DNA of 16,627 nucleotides from Armatimonadota bacterium (GCA_038248345.1 JBBRXO010000063.1:1-16627); one strand, 5' to 3'. Shown: positions 7,642 to 15,840, numbered from the stretch's first letter. Translations and numbers: made by a program. The notes: generated by a model from the letters alone, not told the origin.

Positions 7642-10600
7642 GTGAACTATCGCATGCGCGGTTTTAAAATAATACTAACGTTGTTGTCGCTGGCGCTACT
7701 GGCTTTTTCGTTGCCATCATCAGCCGGAGGCGGGCCGGCGAATGTGATGGTGGTGGTCAATGGTCGCAGTAATGAATCGCTGGAAATAGGCAATCTATAT
7801 CGCCGGACGTGGCAGATTCCGTATCAGCAGTTGCTTACCATCAGTACTAATTCGGCTACCAGCATCTCATACCAGGGATATCTGGAGGAGATTGAGAAGC
7901 CAATTCGCAATTTCCTGCAGGCACAGCCGGTTGTCGGGCAGATAACGACAATTGTGCTCACGCGTGGGATTCCAGTTGTGGTAAATACGGATAACGGTCG
8001 CAGCATCACCAGCTTGCTGGCCGCGTTGGATTTGCCCGATGGGGCGCGCGAGACTGACCGCATCAAAAATCCCTTCTATAAATCTCCAATAGCCTTTCAG
8101 CACCAATCGGAATCGTGGCAGGGGATGTACCTGGTTACAACTTTGCATGGATACAACACCCAGGATATATCACGTTTGATCTCGCAAGGCAGAGCTGGCG
8201 ACGCATCCACGCCGGAAGGGCGCTTTGTCTTCCAGAATGGCCCGGAAATCCGCCGCACTGATATTGCGCCGGCGCTGGACTTACTCACGCAGCGCGACCT
8301 CAACGCGGAGATTGTTGCGGGCCCCCCCACAAATCGCGCCGGGATAATGGGTTATCTTTCGCAAGGTGTATATAGCGGCTTAACGCGGGAGATGGTGAAA
8401 AGTCTGGACTTTCGTCCCGGGGCAATTGTCGATCATGCGCAGAATTTCGGGGCGGCGGCGAGTAATTTTGAGGAAAATGCCCCGGTAGTTCCATTGTCAG
8501 TAGGCTGGTATGTGCAGGCAGGGGCTACAGGCGTACATGCTGTTGTTGGGGAGGCTGGGATCGGCAGTATGCCTTCGGGCGGCGGGCAGCGTATGCTACT
8601 GGAGAGCTATACCGGTGGGTTTTCGCTGGCAGAGAGCTATTATCGCTCGCTCCCGTATTTGAATTGGCAAAATGTCATCATTGGCGACCCCCTTTGTTCA
8701 CCGTACGCCATCCGCCCGTCCGTGCAGGTCGATTTTGGCGATGAGTTCCTGGTCGGAGCCGTGCCAGTGCATGTCAGCGCAACTACATTACAGAAATGGA
8801 ATACTATCAGCCAGGTAGACGTATATGTGGATGATCAGTATATGCAGACGGTCTATGCACCGGATAATTCCCAGGTACTTATTACCATCGGCGGGGCCAC
8901 CTCGTCATATACTATTCCGCACGGCGCTTCATTAACTACCCTGGTCAATGGAGTCGTTGATGCGGTAAATAACAACGCCGAGTTGAAAGATAGTGAAAAT
9001 GGCGTTTTAGCCGTCGTATCTCCGGTGGCCGGAGCGCTGGAGTTACATGCGCGTAATCGAGGAATTTGGGGTAATGATATCCCCGTGTCTCTTCGGGTGG
9101 AAAGCGAACAGCCGGATAAGCCCGGAGTGGCCGCCCGTTTGCAGTATGATCATCTGGCAGGTGGCGGCGCGCAGCCAACCCCTGCCCGCGCGACGTTATC
9201 ATTTTTGGGGCGAAATGTCTCCACAGGTGATGAGATCAACTTGCAGATATTACAGGCACGGATCAAATATACCGTGCCAGCCAAAATGACCTCGATAACG
9301 GAGATGCTGGACGCGCTGGTTAAATTGATAAATGATAACCCAAAATTGCAAGGATACAATGGCATACGTGCCTACCGCGACCCGAAAGGGTGGCCCTATG
9401 TAACGCTGGAGTGCCGTTCGGCTGGTGAAGTTGGCAACAGAATTCCATATCAATTATCGGTGGTGAATGCCCCGGAATCAACATTGCGTGGATATCCAGA
9501 ATTGCCTTGGTTGTTATCCGGTGGGATAGACGGCACAGTTGCGAAGGATATCGTCTATTTATCATTGGGGGCCAGGTCAGTCAAAGCGGATTATCTGTTG
9601 GATAGTACCAAATTGTCCGATGGTTTTCATCGAATCCGCGTGGTTGCCTATGATGGCTCCGCTGCGCAAGTGCAGAGAAGTATAGAATCCCCATTTTTAG
9701 TGAGTAATGTGCGCTATGCACCGATAGTACAATTACCGAAGGTAGTGGGGCCAGTTGCCGGTGAAGTTATAGTCCCGGTGACGGTGAATGATAATGTCGT
9801 ACGGGTAGATTTGTATGTTGATGGGCGTATGGTAGTATCAGCAAAAGGTGATTTCAACACCATCAAGCTACCGTTAGCCGGTTTAGGGCGCGGGACGCAT
9901 GACCTCTGGGCCATGGCGGCTGATGCCGATGGGCATCTGTTCAACTCCGCGCGGGCGAAGTTGGTGGTGCTGGTGCCCCCCGAGATTTCTCGCATCACCC
10001 CCGAGCGCACTGTACTTTCCGGCGGCACCACACATCGCATAATTGGCGCTGGATTTGCCGAAAATTGTGTGGTAAAGATCGCTGGCGTACCAGTGAAGAC
10101 AATGAAGTTCCTGAGTCCGGGGATGCTCGATGTAACTTGCGACACGGGCAAGGCCGGCCGGGTTGCTGTAACCGTAAGTAATCCTGATGGTACTTCCTGC
10201 GAGTTACCTGATGCCTTCGAGTATTACCAGCCAATTGCGCAAACGCTGCAGATATCACCTGTCGTGGAAGTCGTGGGCTCGGGGAAGATGGTACCATTCA
10301 CAGTGAAGTGCCTAGATCAGTATGATCAGCCATATCAGCCAGAGTTCACCTGGGAAGCATCAAAAGGCCGAATAACTGCTAATGGCGTATTTTTCGCCCC
10401 GCGAACCGCTGGTTTAATAAAAGTGAGCGTGCATGAGCCCGGTGGGAAGGTAAGCGAAGCCACGGTAACCGTGGGGGCAGCGACGATAGTTGATGGCATC
10501 TTACGTCACTGGCTTATAATTGGCCCGTTCCCGGATACAGACAATAATGCATTAGAGGCAGAAACAATTCCCGAAGAGAAAAACCTCCAACCCGAGCACA

Positions 10601-10992
10601 ACACGAGGGTCGGCGATTTTAGTTGGCGGAGCTTCTACGCTGGTGAAGCAGCCGGCATAATTGATTTTTATGCGATAATGTCCTCGAGTATCAACCTGGT
10701 AGCGTACGCGAATGTGTATCTGAAAGTTGACGCTGATGTAGACGCCGTCGCCGTCTACGGTAGCGATGACGGGATTCGTATCTGGTTGAACGGGGAGATG
10801 ATAGAGAGTATAAGAGTACGGCGGCCTTTGATTGTGGGTGAGAATAAACATACCATTAAGCTGGTAAAGGGATGGAATCGACTGCTGGTGAAGGTTGATC
10901 AGGGCATGGGCAGCTGGGCATTTGCCATGAAACTGCAAACGCCGGATGGCAAACCATTGCCCGGGTTAAGCTATGCACTGGATAAACCGTAG
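7642..10992 (+). CDS. Secreted multidomain TIGR03790-family protein with Ig-like, IPT/TIG and C-terminal PA14/galactose-binding-like domains
   Basis: Signal peptide; TIGR03790-like motifs NVMVVVN, IVLTRGIP, NPFY, FRPGAI, GATG and FSLAESYY...IIGDPL. IPT-like PEISRITP...VTVSNPDG...AFEY; C-terminal WLIIGPF, GSDDGIRIWLNG and GWNRLLVKV. Confidence 0.8.
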   Translation: MNYRMRGFKIILTLLSLALLAFSLPSSAGGGPANVMVVVNGRSNESLEIGNLYRRTWQIPYQQLLTISTNSATSISYQGYLEEIEKPIRNFLQAQPVVGQITTIVLTRGIPVVVNTDNGRSITSLLAALDLPDGARETDRIKNPFYKSPIAFQHQSESWQGMYLVTTLHGYNTQDISRLISQGRAGDASTPEGRFVFQNGPEIRRTDIAPALDLLTQRDLNAEIVAGPPTNRAGIMGYLSQGVYSGLTREMVKSLDFRPGAIVDHAQNFGAAASNFEENAPVVPLSVGWYVQAGATGVHAVVGEAGIGSMPSGGGQRMLLESYTGGFSLAESYYRSLPYLNWQNVIIGDPLCSPYAIRPSVQVDFGDEFLVGAVPVHVSATTLQKWNTISQVDVYVDDQYMQTVYAPDNSQVLITIGGATSSYTIPHGASLTTLVNGVVDAVNNNAELKDSENGVLAVVSPVAGALELHARNRGIWGNDIPVSLRVESEQPDKPGVAARLQYDHLAGGGAQPTPARATLSFLGRNVSTGDEINLQILQARIKYTVPAKMTSITEMLDALVKLINDNPKLQGYNGIRAYRDPKGWPYVTLECRSAGEVGNRIPYQLSVVNAPESTLRGYPELPWLLSGGIDGTVAKDIVYLSLGARSVKADYLLDSTKLSDGFHRIRVVAYDGSAAQVQRSIESPFLVSNVRYAPIVQLPKVVGPVAGEVIVPVTVNDNVVRVDLYVDGRMVVSAKGDFNTIKLPLAGLGRGTHDLWAMAADADGHLFNSARAKLVVLVPPEISRITPERTVLSGGTTHRIIGAGFAENCVVKIAGVPVKTMKFLSPGMLDVTCDTGKAGRVAVTVSNPDGTSCELPDAFEYYQPIAQTLQISPVVEVVGSGKMVPFTVKCLDQYDQPYQPEFTWEASKGRITANGVFFAPRTAGLIKVSVHEPGGKVSEATVTVGAATIVDGILRHWLIIGPFPDTDNNALEAETIPEEKNLQPEHNTRVGDFSWRSFYAGEAAGIIDFYAIMSSSINLVAYANVYLKVDADVDAVAVYGSDDGIRIWLNGEMIESIRVRRPLIVGENKHTIKLVKGWNRLLVKVDQGMGSWAFAMKLQTPDGKPLPGLSYALDKP

Positions 10993-10998
10993 GGCGGA

Positions 10999-11033
10999 GA
11001 GGTCGTCCTCTATCGTTTTAATTCACAGGATAG
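10999..11033 (+). repeat. Partial copy of the dispersed AATTCACAGGATAG repeat family
   Basis: 31/35 identical to 15711-15745. Confidence 0.85.
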
Positions 11034-11091
11034 CAGTCCCTTTTCGGTAATATTCTGAACAACTTGTATAGAACATTCAGAGACGTATCTA

Positions 11092-11132
11092 ACGTGGGTG
11101 TAGGGGCGCACGCCGTGCACCCCTACCCACGT
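11092..11132. repeat. GTAG-type REP-like hairpin
   Basis: GTAGGGGCGCACG-C-CGTGCACCCCTAC flanked by ACGTGGG/CCCACGT. Confidence 0.8.
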
Positions 11133-11209
11133 CGTATAAATAAATAATTTATAATATTAAGTTGTGGGCAGGACCCACGTTGCAAAAATGATGAAATGGA
11201 GAAAGAATA

Positions 11210-11593
11210 ATGTTTAATATGACAGTGGAGGGGAATTTTAGCGCGGCACATGCGATCCGGGAATATCCGGGGGTGTGCCAGCGGCTACACGGGCATAATT
11301 ACCGGGTGGTGGTGCGGCTGTCCGGGGATAAACTGGATAAACTGGGTATGCTGGTCGATTATGTGGATGTGAAGCGCGCGCTGACCGAAGCATTATCTCC
11401 GTTCGACCACCGTTTTCTGAATGAAGTGGAAGATTTTCTGGAGGTTAACCCTACCTGCGAGGAGCTGGCGCGGGTGATATATAATCGTTTCAAAGCGGAG
11501 TTGTTGACCACCGATGACCTGCGTAACCGGGTAGCAGTGGCGGAAGTGATCATTTATGAGAGCGATAAGACCGGCGTAGGATACGGAGAATAA
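11210..11593 (+). CDS. queD: 6-carboxy-5,6,7,8-tetrahydropterin synthase
   Basis: FSAAH, CQRLHGHNY, GMLVDY, FDHRFLN, NPTCE and YES motifs. Confidence 0.93.
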   Translation: MFNMTVEGNFSAAHAIREYPGVCQRLHGHNYRVVVRLSGDKLDKLGMLVDYVDVKRALTEALSPFDHRFLNEVEDFLEVNPTCEELARVIYNRFKAELLTTDDLRNRVAVAEVIIYESDKTGVGYGE

Positions 11594-11594
11594 G

Positions 11595-11834
11595 ATGCCA
11601 TTATACGAATTTGCCTGCTGCGCGTGCGACACCATCTTTGAAGAGCTGGTGCGTATGGGGAGCAAAGGCGAAGGTTTAATCTGTCCGCAGTGTAGTGGGT
11701 CTAAGCTACGCAAATTGATGAGCGCCTTCAGCGGCCGGGTGGCGGATAGCCATGGCAGCAGCCACTCCTGCGCCGGCGGCGGCAACTGCGGGGGAAATTG
11801 CGGTGGGTGCGGTGGAAACTGTACGTGTCATTAG
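11595..11834 (+). CDS. FmdB-family zinc-ribbon protein
   Basis: MPLYEFACCACDTIFE...CPQCSG and a Cys/Gly-rich tail; starts 1 nt after the queD stop. Confidence 0.88.
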   Translation: MPLYEFACCACDTIFEELVRMGSKGEGLICPQCSGSKLRKLMSAFSGRVADSHGSSHSCAGGGNCGGNCGGCGGNCTCH

Positions 11835-11907
11835 TGCGTTTAATTACTAAATACCGAACGTGGTTTCCGCCATAACCCAAGATAATTATCTGTGTGGTAG
11901 TATATAA

Positions 11908-11987
11908 TTCATCAGATAATACTGACCGGCTCTTTTTATCCATATTATCCTTCTATCCTGTGAATTACAGCGACGGAGGATAACCTC
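11908..11987 (-). repeat. Dispersed repeat copy in reverse orientation
   Basis: 69/80 ungapped identity to the reverse complement of 15711-15790, aligned by hand. Confidence 0.9.
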
Positions 11988-12076
11988 ACCGAACAACTTG
12001 TGCAGAATATAACTGGGAAGGGACTATATGTGTTAGTACCGATGCTTCGGGGATAACGCCCCAACGCCCCTTTTTC

Positions 12077-12106
12077 TTGACGCTGTAGCCGTGTGGGTGC
12101 TAGACT
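12077..12106 (+). promoter_or_regulatory. Sigma70-type promoter for the efp operon
   Basis: TTGACG, an 18-bp spacer, then TAGACT with a TG extension. Confidence 0.6.
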
Positions 12107-12172
12107 ACATTGTCTTATCGTGGCGTCTGCTGGGGTAGGACGTAGTGGTAAAACTTTTTAGATGGAGGCGTT

Positions 12173-12730
12173 ATGGCTTCGACTAGCGATTTCAAGAATG
12201 GTTTGACGATTGATATGGACGGTGACGTATATCAGATTGTCGAATTCCAGCACGTTAAGCCGGGCAAGGGTGGGGCATTTGTCCGCACGAAAATCCGCAA
12301 AATGACCACTGGGCAATTGATCGACAAAACCTGGCGCGCCGGGGAAAAGGTGGAAATTGCGCGGGTGGAAAAAAGACCGTTGCAATTCAGCTACAAAAGT
12401 GACGATGATTATATCTTCATGGATACCGAGACCTTCGATCAGATGACCCTGTCCGAAGCGCAAATCGGCACACAAGTAAAATTCCTGCAGGATAATTTGG
12501 ACGTGATGGTTATGACCTATAATGACCGCGTCATCGGTGTTGATTTGCCGGATACCATCGAGGCTACTATTGAGCAGACTGATCCGGGTCTGAAGGGCGA
12601 CACTGCCTCCGGCGGTTCCAAGCCTGCGACACTTGATAGCGGCGCAGTAATCACCGTGCCACTCTTTATCAATGAGGGTGACCGGATTCGCGTCGATACT
12701 CGCACAGCGAAATATATCGAACGAGTATGA
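12173..12730 (+). CDS. efp: Elongation factor P
   Basis: QHVKPGKGGAFVRTK, FMDTETFDQ, PGLKGDTASG and VPLFINEGD; GGAGG RBS. Confidence 0.98.
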   Translation: MASTSDFKNGLTIDMDGDVYQIVEFQHVKPGKGGAFVRTKIRKMTTGQLIDKTWRAGEKVEIARVEKRPLQFSYKSDDDYIFMDTETFDQMTLSEAQIGTQVKFLQDNLDVMVMTYNDRVIGVDLPDTIEATIEQTDPGLKGDTASGGSKPATLDSGAVITVPLFINEGDRIRVDTRTAKYIERV

Positions 12731-12782
12731 TTTTCTTCTCCATTTTGGGGGATAATGAGCATAGCGGAGCGAGGTAAAAGAG

Positions 12783-13256
12783 TTGTCCACAACTATCAAT
12801 AAAGGCGATGTGGAAGAGCTGCTGGCCATCATGGAGCAGTGGGAAGTAACGGAATTGCACCTGAAGCACGATACCGTAACGTTGGATCTGGTGCGGGCGG
12901 TACAGTGTGCCCCACAGCAGATAGTATACACTGATGAACCACTGTGCGAAGCTTTTGAGGAAGCAGGATCCCAGGCGGATATAGTTGCTATCCCGGCATC
13001 GGTAGTGGGTACTTTTCATCTACAGAAGCGCGGCTTCCCCCATGGTGCACCGCGCGTCAATGATGAAGTCTTTGCTGGGCAGGTGATCGGGAATATCGAA
13101 TTGATGCATATCCCTACGGATATAGTATCACCTGTCGTGGGGACAATTGAAGAGATACTGGTGTCAGAAGGCGCTGGTGTCGAATATGGACAACCGCTTT
13201 TGCTCATCCGCCCATTGACAGAGGTAAGCGAAGATGAAACAGGGTTTATTGCATGA
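12783..13256 (+). CDS. Biotin carboxyl carrier protein-like protein lacking the biotinylated lysine
   Basis: AccB-like N-terminus, VVGTF, GQVIG and VEYGQPLL, and an accB position between efp and accC. EAMKM is replaced by ELMHI. Confidence 0.85.
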   Translation: MSTTINKGDVEELLAIMEQWEVTELHLKHDTVTLDLVRAVQCAPQQIVYTDEPLCEAFEEAGSQADIVAIPASVVGTFHLQKRGFPHGAPRVNDEVFAGQVIGNIELMHIPTDIVSPVVGTIEEILVSEGAGVEYGQPLLLIRPLTEVSEDETGFIA

Positions 13257-13671
13257 TGTTCGCGCAAAGCAAGGCTACGCGCTAATAATTGAACTCCTGG
13301 TAGTGGCCGTATTAATAGTCGGCCTGACCGTGTGGTATACCGGTTCGCAAACATCTGCGTTGAAGCAGAGTCACTTGCTCGATGAAACCGGCGTGGTGCA
13401 GAATGACGGCACCAGCGCTACTGCCGATGCCCCGAAGACGATATATGGGCAATCAATACAGGCGGCCAAGGGCGATGTATGCCGAACTAACCTGGGGCAA
13501 TTGCGCCAGATGGTAAAAATGGATAGCGCAGATGGTAATATTCCCAGCTCACTTGGGGCAATATCCGGCGCAGCCGGGATAAGTTTTTGCCCAGTGAGCA
13601 AAACGCCATATACCTATAATCCGACGACCGGAGATGTGCATTGCACCACCCCCGGCCACGAAAAATTTTAG
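13234..13671 (+). CDS. Type IV pilin/pseudopilin-like protein
   Basis: Basic leader, KQG|YALIIELLVV hydrophobic helix, CRTNLGQL and a C-terminal CP...YTYNP...VHC Cys pair. Confidence 0.7.
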   Translation: MKQGLLHDVRAKQGYALIIELLVVAVLIVGLTVWYTGSQTSALKQSHLLDETGVVQNDGTSATADAPKTIYGQSIQAAKGDVCRTNLGQLRQMVKMDSADGNIPSSLGAISGAAGISFCPVSKTPYTYNPTTGDVHCTTPGHEKF

Positions 13672-13712
13672 CGAAGGTGGCCATAAGCCACCCTAGAAGG
13701 GACTGACGATCA

Positions 13713-15059
13713 GTGTTTAAGAAAATCCTTGTCGCCAACCGCGGGGAGATCGCCGTCCGCATTATCCGTGCGTGCCGCGAATTAAATATCGCCACCGTGG
13801 CGATATACTCCCAGGCAGATGCTAACTCGCTTCATGTACAGATGGCGGATGAATCGGTATGTATCGGGCCGCCGCCGAATCGTGACAGCTACCTGAATAT
13901 CCCCAACATCGTCACCGCAGCTATTATTAAGGGCTGTGATGCCGTGCATCCGGGGTATGGCAATCTGTCCGAGACGGTAGCGTTTGCGGAGAATTGCGAG
14001 ATTGCCAAGCTGAAATTCATCGGCCCCCGCCCCGAGACCATCGAGCGAATGCAGGATAAAGCGGCGGCTAAACAAGCGGTAGCCCGTGCTGGTGTGCCGG
14101 TCATCCCCGGTACCGATGGGGTGCTGAAGGGTGAGGCCGACGGCTTGAAACTGGCGCGCAAGTTCGGCTATCCAGTGATGATCAAAGCCTCCGCAGGCGG
14201 CGGTGGGCGCGGCATCCGCATCTGCCATAATGATGAAGATTTGATCCGCAATATGCCGCTGGCGCAGGCAGAAGCGCAAGGAGCCTTCGGGAATCCCGAA
14301 GTCTATCTGGAGAAGTTCATCGACAAGCCACGCCATATTGAAGTGCAGATTATGGCGGATGAGCACGGCAATGTCGTCCATCTGGGTGAGCGTGATTGCA
14401 CAGTGCAGAAGAAGTCACACCAGAAATTGCTGGAAGAGTCTCCCTCCGTCGCCATTACCCCGCAGCAACGGCAGAAGATCGGCGACGCAGCGGTGAAGGC
14501 GGCAAAGGCAATAGGCTACGTCAGCGCTGGCACCATGGAGTTCCTCCTCGATGCGCAAGGAAAACTGTATTTCATGGAGATCAACACCCGTATTCAGGTT
14601 GAGCATTGTGTAACCGAGATGGTCACCGGCCTTGACTTGCTGAAAATGCAGATTCTGGTGGCTGCCGGTGAGAAATTACCGTGGACACAACGGGAGATCA
14701 AGCTCTCTGGCCACGCTATCGAATGTCGTATCAATGCGGAAGACCCAGCACGCAATATGATGGCCTGCGCCGGCATGGTGAAACGCTTTGTCGCCCCAGG
14801 TGGCCCGGGCGTACGTGTTGATACCCACATCTATTCCGGGTATGAAGTGCCGCCGTTCTACGATTCCCTCCTCGCCAAGATCATCTGCTGGGGGCAGGAT
14901 CGCCCGGAGGCGATTGCCCGCATGAAGCGAGCGCTACGGGAAACGGTAGTGGAAGGTTTGCCGACCACCATCCCGCTCTTCCTGCAGATACTGGAAGACG
15001 AAGAGTTTATCCGTGGCGAGATCAACACCGACTTCGTCCCGCGCAAATTTCACACGTGA
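13713..15059 (+). CDS. accC: Acetyl-CoA carboxylase biotin carboxylase subunit
   Basis: KKILVANRGEIAVR, HPGYG, IKASAGGGGRG, RHIEVQ, EINTRIQVEH, ECRINAED and YDSLLAK. Confidence 0.97.
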   Translation: MFKKILVANRGEIAVRIIRACRELNIATVAIYSQADANSLHVQMADESVCIGPPPNRDSYLNIPNIVTAAIIKGCDAVHPGYGNLSETVAFAENCEIAKLKFIGPRPETIERMQDKAAAKQAVARAGVPVIPGTDGVLKGEADGLKLARKFGYPVMIKASAGGGGRGIRICHNDEDLIRNMPLAQAEAQGAFGNPEVYLEKFIDKPRHIEVQIMADEHGNVVHLGERDCTVQKKSHQKLLEESPSVAITPQQRQKIGDAAVKAAKAIGYVSAGTMEFLLDAQGKLYFMEINTRIQVEHCVTEMVTGLDLLKMQILVAAGEKLPWTQREIKLSGHAIECRINAEDPARNMMACAGMVKRFVAPGGPGVRVDTHIYSGYEVPPFYDSLLAKIICWGQDRPEAIARMKRALRETVVEGLPTTIPLFLQILEDEEFIRGEINTDFVPRKFHT

Positions 15060-15062
15060 AAA

Positions 15063-15128
15063 TAGTTCCTAGTTTCTAGTTCCTGGTTTTCAGTAACTAT
15101 TTCCTACTTCCTATTTTCTATTTTCTAC
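15063..15128 (+). repeat. Degenerate in-phase heptamer array, 9 units, consensus TA(G/T)TT(C/T)C
   Basis: TAGTTCC TAGTTTC TAGTTCC TGGTTTT CAGTAAC TATTTCC TACTTCC TATTTTC TATTTTC TAC. Confidence 0.8.
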
Positions 15129-15151
15129 ACAGTGATACTATAAGGTTGAAA

Positions 15152-15616
15152 ATGGATAAAAAACAACGGCATCTGGGGCGCGAACTCGCGCTTCAGTGGC
15201 TCTTTCAAATAGATATGGCACGCCAGAAACCAGAGATGGTGCTGGAGGAGGTGCCGGATGAGATGGAAGAGTGGTTCGAGCAAACGATAACCACGCAGGA
15301 AGAAGCGCTGGAGTTCGCCCGTAAACTGGTAAATGGTGTCATCCAGGAGCGACGGCAGATTGATGAAGTCATCTGTCGTTTTGCTAAAGGGTGGTCTATT
15401 GACCGGATGGCAGGAGTAGAGCGCAACGTGCTCCGCCTGGCGATCTATGAGATTCACGAAGTCCCCGACATTCCCATCAGCGTCACCGCCAACGAGGCGG
15501 TAGAAGTGACGAAACGCTACGGTGCCGAAGAGTCCGCCAAATTCGTCAACGGCATCCTCGGCAGCTTCATCCGCTCGCTGGAAATACCAGAGGGTGAGGA
15601 AAAAACAGGGGAGTAG
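15152..15616 (+). CDS. nusB: Transcription antitermination factor NusB
   Basis: RHLGRELALQWLFQ, WSIDRM, ERNVLRLAIYE, NEAVE and FVNGIL. The start is ATG 15152 or TTG 15146. Confidence 0.95.
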   Translation: MDKKQRHLGRELALQWLFQIDMARQKPEMVLEEVPDEMEEWFEQTITTQEEALEFARKLVNGVIQERRQIDEVICRFAKGWSIDRMAGVERNVLRLAIYEIHEVPDIPISVTANEAVEVTKRYGAEESAKFVNGILGSFIRSLEIPEGEEKTGE

Positions 15617-15710
15617 GGGCCGGAATACAAATTTTCTACAGCTTTCTATTGGTTAATCGTGGCATAGCCTGTCCATCATCGCCCTGATATTTACGCCGTG
15701 GCACCGCAGA

Positions 15711-15840
15711 GAGGTTATCCTCTGCCGTTTTAATTCACAGGATAGAAGGATAATTAGGATAAAAAGACCCAATCAGTATTATCCGGTGAAGCAAATACCC
15801 TCCCCGTTATCCTAGCTATCCTTCAATCCTGTGAATTAAA
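15711..15840. repeat. Full palindromic (MITE/REPIN-like) copy of the dispersed repeat, with 34-bp inverted arms at 15729-15762 and 15807-15840
   Basis: TTTAATTCACAGGATAGAAGGATAATTAGGATAA versus the right-arm reverse complement TTTAATTCACAGGATTGAAGGATAGCTAGGATAA, 31/34 identical. Confidence 0.9.

Noticed and set aside
10900..10992. PEP-CTERM sorting signal on the TIGR03790 protein
   Set aside because: The C-terminus (LSYALDKP) has no PEP motif, TM helix or basic tail.
11161..11195. preQ1 riboswitch upstream of queD
   Set aside because: The GTGGG/CCCAC stem has only a 5-nt loop and lacks the preQ1-I loop consensus and the pairing A-rich tail.
12783..13256. Calling the gene a functional accB or a pseudogene
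   Set aside because: The missing Lys argues against a functional accB, and the intact frame, RBS and conserved scaffold argue against a pseudogene.
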